From NCBI GenBank assembly GCA_002256025.1, contig NKIB01013053.1:1-64000 (forward strand): DNA of 64,000 nt. Reading direction: 5' to 3'. Source of the DNA: Asterionella formosa. Its lineage: Eukaryota. The notes beneath the pieces were generated by a model. It was not told the origin of the DNA and did no database searches. It saw nothing but the letters and a program-made list of their open reading frames with translations. The position numbers and the translations under genes were made by a program. Below, in pieces: positions 24,699 through 37,661 of the stretch (position 1 is the first letter of the stretch; the number at the start of each line of letters is the position of its first letter).

Positions 24699-25893
24699 AT
24701 GTCAAGACGAACACGAACAACACCGAAAGGACGACGTCGTATCAAGTACAACACGGGCACATGGTCTGATGCTGAGAGACGACTCTTTCTAAAAGGATTA
24801 CTAACATTTGGCAAAGGCAAATGGAAGGATGTTGGAACGGTACTGACCACGAGGTACGTATTGTCTGCCACATAGATATCTATCGTTTGCGAATACAAAG
24901 CGTCCCATCGATTTTGGGTGAATTATGTTGCATTGGTAAGCACCACCACTATTCCTGACGGCCTTGGGCAACAAGGATTCCATGCAGAAAATTCCCGTGG
25001 AAACAAAAGATCCCGTTTTAGGATACCTTCCAAATTGTTCATGCCGAATCCAGGAACTGATAAATAAGGAGGCCCAATGAATGGTAAATTTAGAGATGGG
25101 AGCTTGAATTGATGAGAAAACCGTAACTCATTAGCGAGAGAGTCCATTGTCTCATCCTGAGCTTTTCCGTTCCGTTCAGCGCAATGCACTCACAAGCACT
25201 TTGATTTCTTGTCCTGTTGCTATTATTAGATCTCCAGTTCAGATCAAGAGTCATGGGCAAAAGCTCATGAAGAGAGCCGAGCAAGGAGAAGATATCTTTG
25301 CCGAGTTCGGTCACCTCCAACACCTGGAATCGATCAGCGATGACGAATCTTTCAATGAGCCTTCGTCGCGACAGTCCGATGGCGGTACTTTCACCCGATA
25401 TGATCATCCGGGAAGTAAGATTTCTTTGGATTTTTATCATTCCACGGGCTTTAACCCCGGGCTAGTGACACCAAAGTTGTCGGGGACTACAATGCGGAAG
25501 ATTGTGAGCGCCGTCAAGGCTCCTGTGAAGCGACCCATTCCTCGCCTGGCTTTGGCGAAGTCTGTCGTCTTGCCTATGACTAGCATCAGTACTACAATCT
25601 CTATGACACTCAGAAGTGATTCGTCAAAATCATCTAGCTCTCCGAATGACCTTGATGCAGCTATTTCCTTGATGTCACTCGCATCTGTTGCTCATTCCCA
25701 CTTGCTATCTAGTAACCGACCTCAATTCCCCATTTTCCTCGCTGGCGCTTCCAGTGCATTTGAAAAGTTCAGGAATCGAAGAATCATTCGTGTGATGACT
25801 GGCGGTACCCTTGAACTTGCATGCCTCGAGTTGCGAATCCAATCACCTCGCAAAGGCATTGCGATGGTGACACCTCCAATGCCATGGAAGTGA
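24699..25893 (+). CDS. Single-repeat Myb (SHAQKYF-class) transcription factor; intron 24854-25229
   Basis: Spliced sequence NTGTWSDAERRLFLKGLLTFGKGKWKDVGTVLTTR/SPVQIKSHGQKL. C-terminal DAAISLMSL motif. Confidence 0.85.
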
Positions 25894-26084
25894 ACTTCTA
25901 AGGTCCAGATATGTACAACTGTAGTATATTTGCACATCAAATGCACACATTCGTTTTCTTTTTTTTGAAGACTTTAAAGTGCTTTTTACCTTCCCAAAAT
26001 ACTAGATAAACTGTACTGTAGTAGGTCAGGAATTTGAATGACACTCTGGTGCGTTTCCATTGAGAGCTTCATATAAAATGCTCA

Positions 26085-27800
26085 TCACACGGTGCTAACG
26101 CAAGGAGACATACAGCAGTCGCAACAGCTACACACGACACTGCCTGTTTTCGCACAGTCCGTGGATAAAAAAATATCCAAGAGGCAAATGTCTTTAGGCA
26201 TGGTTCCGTTCAGCATATTGTCTTCCGTCTGAAAGACGATCAAATCCAGCAGATTTGTCATTTCCGTTGGGATTTTTCCTGTTAAAGTGTTGTTGAAAAG
26301 CCACAGTTGCTGCATGTAGAACATTGTTCCAAGTTCGGTTGGAAGTGAACCATGAAAGGAACAGGATGTAAGAGAGAGACTACCCAAGGTGGAGGCCTTT
26401 GCGATTTCAGTTGGAATCGTTCCTCCAAGTAACTCATTGTCGTCCAGCCATAGTTCAAAGATAGAAGACATGTTGGCAATGAATGATAGATCACCTTCAA
26501 TATTAGATTGCGACGCATAGAGTCGTTCCAAAGCCGGCAAAGCCGCGAGTTGGGAAGGGATAGAGCCCATGTTTCCATTTTCCGAAATATCAAGGTACGT
26601 TAATTTGTTCAAATGGGGCCACACATCTGCAGCAGTATCTTCAAGAGGCCCAACAATAGCGGTAAAGCGAATGTCCATGTACACCAAGTTGACGAGCTTA
26701 CCAAAAAATGTTGGAATGCCGTCGTATTCGAAGTAGGAACCTTGTAGGTCCAAAGAAGCTGAAATTGGTGTTGTTCATAATAAACTAAGGTGAGCAATTT
26801 TGTACAAATCATATAGTGCTACCGTGAAAAATTCTGACAACAGGAACTTACTGAGTTTGGTCAACTTTCCCAAAAACGACATCTCATCTCCAAAGTTGTA
26901 GACAGTATCATATCCAACATTGAATTCAGTGAGTGATTTTGACAGTAAGATAACTTCGTCGGGAAACCGGCCTGAGAGTGCGTTGTTAGAAAGGCGAATG
27001 CTTCTGACTGTTCCATTGCCGGTGCAATTAAGTCCGAACCATAAACACTCGTCAATGTCGGACATCCAACCTGTCTTATTAGTCCATTCCACAGCGGGAC
27101 TTGTAGTGTGTTGGTTAAGGACTGCGTTTGTGCTGTAAAAGATACATCCAAGGGCGTATCGCTGAATAATTTTGCTGTTACTGTACGAGTCAATATTTGC
27201 GTTCGTTTGGAGCCAAACGAAAGCCTTGGATTGATATGACTCTGAATCCGAAAGTTCACTTCCACCTTGTAGTGCTATTCCAGAAATCAGATCATATATT
27301 TTCGAAGAAGTCGAGGAAGGAGTTAGGGAAGGTGTGAACATGGGAGCATTTGTAACAACGCTGACAGAGGTATTTGTATTTAAGGCTGGCACCTGAGTAG
27401 GAGTAATTGAGGGTGGCACACCGGAAGGAATGCTGGCAACCGGAGTAGATGGTCTAGTTGTAACAGCAGCATCGCCTTGATTAGACGGAGTGACGGTCGC
27501 TGTAGCAGTAGGACCAGTAGGAACGAGATCAACAGAACCTGGAGAAGCCGACGGAATCGGTGGTGCAATTGGTTCACTAGATGGACGATTCGTCTCGACT
27601 GTCGCGAGCGCAGTGCCGGTGTTTCCACTGACTTGGCTTTCGCTACTTGATGGTTTGATGGCAAAGTAAATGCCAACGCCTGCACCCGCAATGCCAATGA
27701 GCAACACCACAAATGCGCCAATGCGAAGATATGATCTTCTTGAGGTCCGGGCTGAGTTGCCCTCGCTTAAGAAGGGCGGCGTCTCCGTACTTCCGTCCAT
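26085..27800 (-). CDS. Membrane-anchored leucine-rich-repeat protein; intron 26851-26759
   Basis: N-terminal TM, Pro/Ser/Thr stalk, cap motif QRYALGCIFYST...ECLWFGLNC, LxxLxLxxNxxxGxIPxE repeats, C-terminal CSCCDCC. Confidence 0.88.
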
Positions 27801-29105
27801 TTTCTACTCGAATCCAAGTCAAATGATAATCAAAAGTGAAAAACGACGGAGTCTCGCTATTGTGATTACATTTTGATTGATTTTCTAGATGTTCATACAT
27901 AGTGAGGGCGATGACGATGTGCTCTTGTTTATACATGGGTTCAACAGGTCTTCACTCACCAGCCCATAAAGAAAAATACTTAAGCGAAATCATAAAATCT
28001 ATAGCTAAGTAACTACCAAATTGAAGGCGTTGAAAATTGAATCGAACGCATACCATGACTGAAATTTCTTTAGGCTGTACCAGTATTTGTCGTAGACAAT
28101 CTGACGGTTGCGTTTGTTGGACTCGCTTGCACCTTGGACCAAACGTTTACCTAGGTACCACCCCGAAGGTATGAATGGGCGGGCGGGGCCGGGCCGGCAA
28201 CAAAAACAAAGGATACACATCAATCTTTATGACCAGGTTACCCGTATGGCTGGTTGCAACTTAAAGATCAAAATAGAAGGACAAGCTTAGACCTTAGTAC
28301 AGCTTTTTTGCGTTTAATAAATAATTAATAATTAAGAGTACTTTCCATGAAGATATTCCTTGAATTGATCAACTGGCAATGAAAAACAATGAATGGCACT
28401 ATTGCTTTGAAACACTACTTGCATTACCTCTCCATCAAGGACAAATTTTGTCAATTGGGGGAGAAGAGTTAATGCAATGTCTGACTGCCAGGCAGATGTA
28501 GTATATGAAAATGAAGGAAAGAGAGGAGCCAGTTCTTTTTGGGTGGCATGGAGTGAAGGAGTGGCACAGTTTTCCCTGAGGTCTTGTAGTATTCATGGCA
28601 AAAAGGGTTGATAGTTATACCACTTTCGATCATCTTTGTATACCTTGTTGCTGACATTTCACTATAAACCATGTTCACTAGCTACTACCTGCATTGTCCT
28701 TTCCTTGTCCAATGCAAGATCACATAAGGAGATGATGATGCACTCAACAAGCAAGCTTGTCAAGATGACTCTTCCATTGCTGGTCATGTACTAGGCAACA
28801 AGGATCTGCCATTGTTCCCCACACAAAACAGTTCATAGGTAAACCAAGTTGTGTGCAGCCATGCCGCTTGATGTGGTATTTATGGGTACTAGTGCTGCTC
28901 ATGGTGGAGATATGGCTATTTCAAGCAGCATGGCAGGTTTTTCTGGTGTTATTGGATCAGGAGCAACAGGGTAATACCTTGTTTGAAGGCCCGCAAAATA
29001 CTACAGTCAATACAGTTAGGATTTACGCTAATACTAGGCATATGGGTTCTACCTGGTGGCCCCAAAAATTGCAGCAAGCCATATATATAAATCACTCATA
29101 GCTCA

Positions 29106-29172
29106 AGGGGAGTGACCAAGTGGTTAGCATGCCTTCTGTGGTGGTTTGTTCAATTCCTGCACTCGCTCTCCA
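29106..29172 (+). other. tRNA-like / pseudo-tRNA sequence
   Basis: A-box-like GTGACCAAGTGGTTAG and B-box-like GTTCAATTCC. The ends GGGGAG...CTCTCC can pair, but there is no proper anticodon arm. Confidence 0.35.
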
Positions 29173-29211
29173 CCTGCCTTGTTTAGGTAGTCCCTAAGTC
29201 CCTAGGGTTCT

Positions 29212-29254
29212 GGGGGGGGGGGGGGGGTGTTGGGGGTGGGGGGGGGGGGGGGGG
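29212..29254 (+). repeat. Poly-G tract (G-quadruplex-capable)
   Basis: Long G runs interrupted only by TGTT and T. Confidence 0.85.
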
Positions 29255-30055
29255 CGCGCCACAGCACAATTGTTGAGTCCTTTAACAAGAATGATGGAGT
29301 GTATTATATATTTTTAAATTATTTTATTTTATCACTTGCTCATGATCATCATTGCTCAAACTTTTTATTCCCCATGCTCAAACTCTACATAACAGGTGCT
29401 ATGTTAACTACAGTACTGGCAGATATATTCAATGAAATACCGGTATTCGAAACTTGGCCATACATAGTAGTGTTCGGCCAAGATGATGTACGCGCACTTA
29501 CTGATCAAAGAACGCTCACTTCTCAGCACATCAAACGTGTTTGTTGCAGATTTAGAATGCAACCAGATTGCTTTATTTAGGGAACACAGCGAGGTCTGTG
29601 CACGATGTCCAACAGTTATGTCGTAGCGGGGTGGAAAGTGTACGGGAGTTTACAGGACGATAGTCCCATGCGATGGCTGACGTAAATATTCAAATTTTCA
29701 TGTAGCATTCTACACACGACAGACGGTTTATTAAATTATGTCTGTCAAACGACATCATCAGCATTGGCGGCAGTTTTACTACTGCCTTATTACCACTATC
29801 GAGCTCTATAATTTATAAAATGAAATACCGGTACTTTGTTGTCTATGTAGTACAGGTCACAGCTGTTGAGGAATCCAATATTCAGGTATAAACAAACATA
29901 TACACCGGTAGCTATACATAAATTTTTAAATACCGGTATATATTCCCTAATGTTAACACCAAACACGCACATTTGTTGAAGGTCATGAAACAATTGACCG
30001 CAATCTTGATCAAGTACTTTTGTTTCATCTTGTTTGACAGCTGCAGCACTCGACA

Positions 30056-31417
30056 ATGAGTACAGCAATCAAAGATAGTCCTATGTGAGTGCTTCTAGTC
30101 TACGAAAGGGCGAATGGAACGGACAGGATTCCGCGATGCTGCTTCGGAGATTCGATATTTTGTTGTTGTTTCTGCTGAGCCTGCCTGCCTGCCTGTTCTT
30201 GGTTTGAACTCCTTTGGGCTGAGCGACTGTTCTATATATTCCCGTAGTTGTGTTAACCCGCTTGGACTAACTGGCGCAAGATGAAACAAAACTCCTAATA
30301 CAGACTATGGCTGCTGCTTTGGACTGCCAACAACATCGGGGTGACGCTGATGAACAAGTGGGCCTTCCAACAAGTCAATTTCAAATTTCCTTATTTCTTG
30401 AGTTTCGTGCACATGTTCTGCAACTACTTGGGGAGCGAGATGGTCTTTTACAGCATCAAACGAGACAATTTCCGCATCAAGCAGAACTCGTCGGCACAAC
30501 CCGGCTTATTTCAGCAGCTTCTAGGACAGATATCCAGAAAGGAACTCGACCGCAAGGGCAAGAACCTCATTTTGGGATTCTCCGTCATTTTCTCTCTAAA
30601 CATTGCCATTGGCAACGTCAGTCTACGATATGTTTCTGTTAACTTTAATCAAGTTATGAGATCGCTGGTACCTGCCTTGACCATTGCCATGGGGCTCTGT
30701 TTGGGGAGGAAGATCAGTCTAAGGCGGCAGCTGGCTGTCTTGCCCATTGTCGTCGGCGTTGCCATGGCATGCTTTGGAGACTTGTCATACACGGCGCTTG
30801 GATTCTTTTATACAGTATGCTGTATTTCGTTGGCGGCACTCAAAGTTGTGGCAAGTGGGGAGATGTTGACAGGATCCATTAAACTGCATCCTGTGGATTT
30901 GTTGGGGCACATGGCGCCTCTGGCCATGATACAATGCTTGATATTATCCATTTCCACGGGGGAACTGACGGAAATTTTGAAACGACAAGACTTGAGAGAA
31001 TCCTACTATCCATCAGCAGTGATTATAATGTCAGGCATGATCTCCTTTACTCTCAACATTTCGTCGCTCATGGCCAACAAGCTGACCTCACCACTTACGC
31101 TATGTATTGCGGCCAATGTCAAACAAGTGGTCATGTTGGTTATATCGACCATCGTCTTTGATGTGGTCATTACACCATTGAATGGAGCTGGGGTTATTGT
31201 TGTGTTAATAGGATCTGCCCGGTATTCCTATGTAAGTGTGTTGGAAAAACAGCAGTCCAATGCGAAGGAACAAAACGATATTGAAAAACGGCTAGCAGAC
31301 GAGGAAGAAATCAATACCAAGAATGAAGAAATGGTGCAACTACTGACACCCAAACGAGACTCAGAAACGAGGGCCAAACGGTTGCCATCTGGTGATAGAG
31401 GGGACAGGTCTGGATGA
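30056..31417 (+). CDS. Triose-phosphate/nucleotide-sugar transporter family (TPT/SLC35E) protein; intron 30085-30303
   Basis: Spliced N-terminus [28 protein letters not shown]. Motifs [49 protein letters not shown]. About 10 TM segments. Confidence 0.9.
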
Positions 31418-31683
31418 TATAGCGTTCATGAGTGCGCTGAATCGGATTTGTAGTTACTCTCAAGTGTTTTGGGACGAAAGCAAAAGGGGATGGAAAGGAC
31501 CTTTGAGAACCATAAGTCGCTTAATTTCATTTTATATATTCGACGTAGATGTACTTCTTCCTTCGTTTTATCTCTCCTTTACAAATATTGGGTTACAACT
31601 AATACTCCGATGTTATTCATCCAGGTTTCTTTCAGTTTGTCTCATATTCCACAGGTCTCGCCATGATTCTTTATCAAAATCAT

Positions 31684-32148
31684 TCACCACCAACAATCGT
31701 TGAAACCCTCATTTGTCATGCTGGCAGTTGTGGCTGGACAATTGCCAGTCCCATTTGCATGAAACTGGTTGATGGCCTCTACCACCTTGAGGCGTTTTTC
31801 TATGGAAATTTCACGTTGGAGCTTGGACAACCGATCACTGGAAGGAATTATTTTGGACCGAGGCGAGGAATGACCCTTCTGATTTTGACCCATAGACGAG
31901 TCAGCACTATCAAGGGTGAATTGTTTCGTTTGGTTCAAAATGGCAGCATCATCATGTGGATGCTGAAGGATGGTGGTGGTTTCTTCTTGTTTCATGGTGA
32001 ACAAAGCCGATTGTCTATACAACAAAGAACGCAACAAACGCGAGCGTGAGGCAATTTTGTGACGAGAGAAAGACGACGACGACGGCAAGGATCTAGAAAA
32101 TTCCTGTTTTGTAGCACTTTGAAATAGTTGCGCAAAATAGAACGACAT
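31684..32148 (-). CDS. Possible small hypothetical protein
   Basis: 154-aa ORF with no recognisable motif; overlaps an antisense ORF. Confidence 0.3.
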   Translation of the reverse strand: MSFYFAQLFQSATKQEFSRSLPSSSSFSRHKIASRSRLLRSLLYRQSALFTMKQEETTTILQHPHDDAAILNQTKQFTLDSADSSMGQNQKGHSSPRSKIIPSSDRLSKLQREISIEKRLKVVEAINQFHANGTGNCPATTASMTNEGFNDCWW

Positions 32149-32325
32149 AAAGTGATGGAAATGAGTGAATCGTACATTCGAAACTTGAAATATATTGAAA
32201 ATGACAGAACAATTATTTCGAAACTGAAAGAAGTCAGTGACGATCGATAGTCATCACTCCATCAATTATGGATCATGTATCATATATTAAACATTCATAA
32301 AAAGAGACTCAATCATTTGAACAAT

Positions 32326-32916
32326 CTAGACCACTGATGGCAGAACATTATACATAGCATCAGGATGTCCACGATCCGGAGGGAACGCTCCATACCAACC
32401 TGTTTCTTTACATCCAACCACATATCCCGCAAAGATGGTAAACACAGCAGTGTACGTCATCATGGACACTAACCAGGGATTGGCTTGATGAGGCTCATTT
32501 CCACCATTGTCAATAGCCATGATCAACATCATGGCAACACCCAATAATGGGAGCATCCACCAAAAACTGAGAAGGATCGCACAGACTCCAAACGTGATTT
32601 CGCCCAAGGTTGTAGGCCACACACGATGAGTGACAAGTTGGTGTTCATAACTACTTAACCCGTACCATAAGAAGTACCGTCCCACCCAACGAAATCCACG
32701 AACAAGTGATGCACCCGCCAAAGGCATGACAATGACAGAGAGCGAGATTCGAACGCGAAGAAAAAAGTCGGAGTTCCTATTGTTTACTCCTCCATTTAGG
32801 CCGGTGAGGATCACTACACTGACAAGTACCATGACAGCGAATATGAGAAGTACCAGCAGGTTAGCGATGAAGGAAGCAGTATATTACCAAGGCCAAGGAA
32901 TCGTCAGAGATAGCAT
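32326..32916 (-). pseudogene. Multi-TM protein paralog of 34547-35155 carrying a premature stop
   Basis: Reads IPWPW* (TAA at 32886-32884) where the paralog has IPWPWQ. Shares LWYGLSS..QLVTHRVWPTT and GKETGWYGAFPPD-like motifs with it. Confidence 0.65.
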
Positions 32917-33876
32917 GATGTGATGCTTGTCGTGAAAAGTTTCCTAATATATACTGAGGACGACGTTATGAATGTGAGTAGTGATTCAAATAGTACTGCC
33001 AGTGGTTCACTATTTCGAGCAACGATCTTCTAGACACTGAATAGCTTTAAGCACTCTTATTATCTTGACAATGATGGTTTTTTGGTGGAACAAATAATTC
33101 GTTTTTCTTTTGCGTTTGAATAAAGTGTGATAGACCAGCATCAGTAGCTGGCTGCTTGAAGAATTTCAATTACAAACCAATGTGCATTTAGACTATTATC
33201 AGTCTCTACCAACCACGACTGGATGATGATCATGACATCCACAAGGATTCGTAAATCCTTTTTATGTAGCAAACGTTAGTGTTATTCGTGTGGATTCGTG
33301 CGGATTCGTGCCAATATACTCTGCACACGATGATCATCATGCATGATGTGGTATACAGGTAGTTTATATACCACTCGACATCACATTCTTGTGTTCCGAT
33401 GTGCATTTTTCTTATGATTTTGATTTGTGCTGATGATGAGGTATTAGCAAAAGCACATCAGTCCATGAGATTGCTAAATGAAGTTGTTGAATTAAGTTGT
33501 TTCCTCCTTTTCATCACAGCACGAAGCTCGAATTCCAACTTAACAATTGTCCTCATTTTCGATTCCCTGCAACTGTCCCCTGCTTACTCACATGCAGGCC
33601 AATCTACTGTTTCAAAAGTACTGGAGTTGTTTGAAATCCTCATGGCATATAGATTTCGAGGACAGCCATAGGACAAAAGGAAGCAAGTTATGAACTTCCC
33701 TTCATTGCAGTAGTGGCCGGCTGCTGGTAGAATGATGCCCCCTGGTTGAGGAAAAACATTAACTGGGAATATTGTGGTGGCTAGCTATGAACCCTTCATT
33801 TCTTAGGCTCCACAACTTATCATGAAGAGAAACTTCAAAGCCGAAAAAGGATTATGGACTCAGCTTTGATGACGAG

Positions 33877-34010
33877 AGCAAGAAGCATTGTTGTCTTTGG
33901 TATGCCATTGGGATTGATGGGTATTCAGATTTTAGCAATACATGACCCCATTTGGTACCATTCATGCCTTTGATTGTACAATTACGGAAAAAAGTCAACA
34001 GCTAAGGATC
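33877..34010 (+). pseudogene. Fragment of a methyltransferase (Methyltransf_22/FkbM-like) pseudogene
   Basis: CLWYAIGIDGYSDF, then a stop and frameshift, then GTIHAFDCTI. This resembles the family's 'C-vYsfGi...F...vHAFDcT' motif. Confidence 0.45.
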
Positions 34011-34546
34011 AGGACTTTGAATGTCATCAAATCCAATGGTGCTTTGATTGACACATCATGGGTGAGGGGAAATCAAGCAACCCTGTTGATCAATCCCTAG
34101 AAACAAGTTATGAATGATCTTTGTCATTACCCAATCGCTGCTACTGATGTCTGTCCCATCTGTGTTTCAAGCGCTACAGCTGGAGCATTCTCAATTCCTG
34201 CCTTGTTATAGGATGAGCCCAAGAAGAGATTGAAAAGATGGTGTTTTGGAAGGGTTGCAAAGTTCGTTTGCAATTGTAGTCGATCGACGATTCTTATCAG
34301 GGGGAATCGATGGGCCAAGATGACATTGAAATGGAGTGTATCTAACCATCTACCTTCGCTCTTAAATACTTATCAACTACCATAGGTATACCCCTTTTAG
34401 TTCTTTACCTGTTAGCAAGAAGAGTGTTTTCACACAGACACATCATACAGCATTCCTGAAGTGGACACAGTCACCTATACTACCCGTATTAATATTCCTG
34501 GTTATGTTTGTATCATTGATACGAATCAGCGAAATTTCAGAGATAG

Positions 34547-35155
34547 TTACACCACTTGAAGAGATTCATACAGTACATCAGCATGTTCATAGTCAGGGGG
34601 AAATGCCCCATACCATCCTGTTTCCTTGCCTCCCAGCACATATCCAGCAAATATGGTAACTACAGCAGTACATGTCATGATTAATACCATCGTGGTGTTG
34701 CCTTGTTGAGGATCATTTCCACAACTATCCACTCCCATGATCAATACAAATCCACAGATCAACAATGGAATTATCCATAATACACTGAGCAGGATCACAC
34801 AGATAGTAAACAAGATTTCGCCAAAGGTTGTAGGCCAAACACGATGAGTGACAAGTTGCTGTTGATGGCTACTCAACCCATACCATAAAAAGTGCCTTCC
34901 CACGCAACGAAATCCAAGCAGAAGCGCTACACTAGTCGAAGGCATGACGACAACAGCAATCAAGATTCGAACACGAAGGAAGAAGGTGGAGTTTCCATTT
35001 TTCCCTCGGCCATTTATGTTGATGTGAAGAAAAAGACTGAAAATGACCGTGGCAGTGAGTATGAGAAGGGCCAGCATGTTTGCGAGGAAGGAAGCAGCAA
35101 ATTGCCACGGCCAAGGAATGGCCATGCTTATGAAAATGATGTTAACGGCATGCAT
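34547..35155 (-). CDS. Hypothetical 4-TM membrane protein
   Basis: 202-aa ORF with hydrophobic helices; conserved with the adjacent paralog. Confidence 0.75.
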   Translation of the reverse strand: MHAVNIIFISMAIPWPWQFAASFLANMLALLILTATVIFSLFLHININGRGKNGNSTFFLRVRILIAVVVMPSTSVALLLGFRCVGRHFLWYGLSSHQQQLVTHRVWPTTFGEILFTICVILLSVLWIIPLLICGFVLIMGVDSCGNDPQQGNTTMVLIMTCTAVVTIFAGYVLGGKETGWYGAFPPDYEHADVLYESLQVV

Positions 35156-35928
35156 CGCCTTGAATTTGTTGGAGAGAGTTAGTATGAAGTGATGACAGCG
35201 AATAAATCGATTGACGCGGCCTTTCTTGAGGACGCACCTTACCTGCTAGATGAGGATGCTTTGCGTTGTTGAATAGAAGAATGCACATGTGTTCGCTCCA
35301 TTATGTTCAATCAAGAATTTCTAAATAAGATTATATAAATGAGTGAAGCATACATAACGGTAGCAGATTTCGTATTTTGCAGGAATGCATTATTATGTAA
35401 CGATAAATGTATTACCGCATTTATGTCGATTCTCAGTACCAGTATTCATATATACAAAATTTCGTAAAGAAAGTGTTCCCATTTTATATCTCCAATAGAG
35501 GGAGTACCATGATAAAGGCCGCATTTGTACATTTAACAGCTATTCTATATCATCACGCACGACTGAAAAGATGGGTAGAATACTAATATATATATATTTT
35601 TTAGCTTTAAATATAATATATTATAATTAGTTGGGGACAGGCATAACCAAAACTACTATTAAACACCATCCATAGTTGCGATAGCCACCATGTTCCTTGG
35701 GGAGATTATATATAAGTGAAGGGGAGGCTAAACTAAATTAGATCAATTGTGATGATCTTGGCATGGTCTAAAAAACCAAAATCATAACACACACTGTCCT
35801 AAAATCCCAACAACGTTGCTAGCGAGAAAGAGGTCATGCAGGACTCCCACAAGCTACCCAAAGTCATTATCTTGACACCTGGTGGATCAATCATTTCTTA
35901 GTCAAGGAATGCAGTCGTCTTTTACACT

Positions 35929-37158
35929 TTAGCACTCACGAGCATCGGGAGTCACATCAACCATGGTAGTACAGTTGTTGCATCTTGGATCCAAAATTCC
36001 CTTCCGCAGTTCATTCATTAGGCGACTCCAATTGCTCATCGTAGAAAGAATAAAAATATTTGCCTCCATGGCCACCAATAAGGACCCAAGAGTCCAAAGT
36101 CCTCCTTTCCCTTTTAACAGTCCCATAGATATCTCCCCTATGTCATTGTAAGTAGTGTTTTCAGGTCGGTTGGGTCGCACGGAAGAGTAAAATTTAGCTC
36201 GGTAGGGTAGCATTTTCGTGTAAAACTGATCAAAGTACACATTCCATTCCTTTGGTTTCTGCTCCATAAAAGCATCAACTGCATTGGCATCTTCAGTACA
36301 AAGCAAAATGTTGACGACACGGATCTTTTTCTCTTTTACAATCTGCTTCGTAGCATTAATGAAACTTTCAATAGGTACAAGATCACGCTCCCATTTCTTG
36401 TCTCCCCATCGTACATGAATGGTAATTAGATTGGCTGGTACTTTACCATTTGGAAATACAGAGGTTAATTGATGTACGGCTTCTTCCACCACCAATGGTG
36501 ACACGCTGCTGAATAGATATTCGGTCACTGCCATGCGCTCTTCCGACGTTGACAATCCGTGTTGTGGACCACAGGATTGTTTTGATTTCGAATTAAAATT
36601 AATGCTAGAATTGAAGCGTTCATCAGTACAGTTGGATGTTTCTGCATTAGGAAAATAACACGCCAGGAGTGACGACGAATCAGTTCCGGTGCACTGATCT
36701 TGGTCCCACCACGCCCAATGCAAATTGGGAGTACTTCGTAGACGATACCCTTCTTTCATCGCTTTCAACAAGAAAAACCCATACACATGCAGATCACTCC
36801 CCAATCCAATATTTTGTGAACGGTTCTCTTTGTTGATGGTCAATGGTACCTGTTGCCCTTTCCCAGATCGAAACATGTGAGTAGCGACTGGAACAGAACA
36901 CTCATGTTGATGAGCATCAAGAGCCTTGGCTAGATTTGAATGCAACTCCAAGTTGGTCCATTGGAATCTAAGAGTCGGCGGATGATTCCGTACAGATAAG
37001 GGGTTGGTGCCGTCAGCAATGGCGAGGAGTGGTGCTGCTAGGCGGTCACCATCAGGGTCAAAGTGCATCAACGTTGCAAGGGATAGAATAAGTGCCAAGA
37101 CCATGATCAAATGTGCGGCCCTCACCCTTGTTATCGCCCCAGCGTGATGTTTCTTCAT
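35929..37158 (-). CDS. Type II membrane glycosyltransferase, alpha-1,6-fucosyltransferase (GT23)-like
   Basis: N-terminal anchor; motifs GLGSDLH, ITIHVRWGDK, ILLCTED, AMEANIFILSTMSNWSRLMNEL. Confidence 0.8.
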   Translation of the reverse strand: MKKHHAGAITRVRAAHLIMVLALILSLATLMHFDPDGDRLAAPLLAIADGTNPLSVRNHPPTLRFQWTNLELHSNLAKALDAHQHECSVPVATHMFRSGKGQQVPLTINKENRSQNIGLGSDLHVYGFFLLKAMKEGYRLRSTPNLHWAWWDQDQCTGTDSSSLLACYFPNAETSNCTDERFNSSINFNSKSKQSCGPQHGLSTSEERMAVTEYLFSSVSPLVVEEAVHQLTSVFPNGKVPANLITIHVRWGDKKWERDLVPIESFINATKQIVKEKKIRVVNILLCTEDANAVDAFMEQKPKEWNVYFDQFYTKMLPYRAKFYSSVRPNRPENTTYNDIGEISMGLLKGKGGLWTLGSLLVAMEANIFILSTMSNWSRLMNELRKGILDPRCNNCTTMVDVTPDAREC

Positions 37159-37661
37159 ATTTCCTCAGGTAGCAGTTCAAACGGGGTATATTCTAGATAG
37201 CAGTAATAGTAACAACAACATGTAAATTGAAGATGAGTTCATTTCTTTCTCGTCATTTTTGTGGGCTCGCGCTGTGACGATGATGGGTCTGGCATGGCAT
37301 GATTAACCTTAATGTAGGATATATTTAGCTTCGCACAAAATAGCAGGTCATTTCTTAGCCTCATGACGGATATACCGCATGCTGGTACCGGTACCACACT
37401 AACAGAGTACCACCGGTATAACAATTTGACCTTCCAACCTGGTAACTAAATAAAATATAGGAATTCGATTCCCAAATTGTTGGTAAACAGTTTGGGGATT
37501 ATTGATACCAATATGGAAAACAAATTGGTACAAATGATTGAGTAATAGATAGGTTGGAAAGCCCTCTCACTCTCTTTCATGTATATTGGGGTACATTGTC
37601 TTCCATGTCCCCCATAAGAAAATACCTGGAACAATACCCAAAATGTCACACTATTGTTACC

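Noticed and set aside
28400..29050. MULE/SWIM transposase relic
   Set aside because: No convincing motif could be reconstructed; only the compositional signal is reported.
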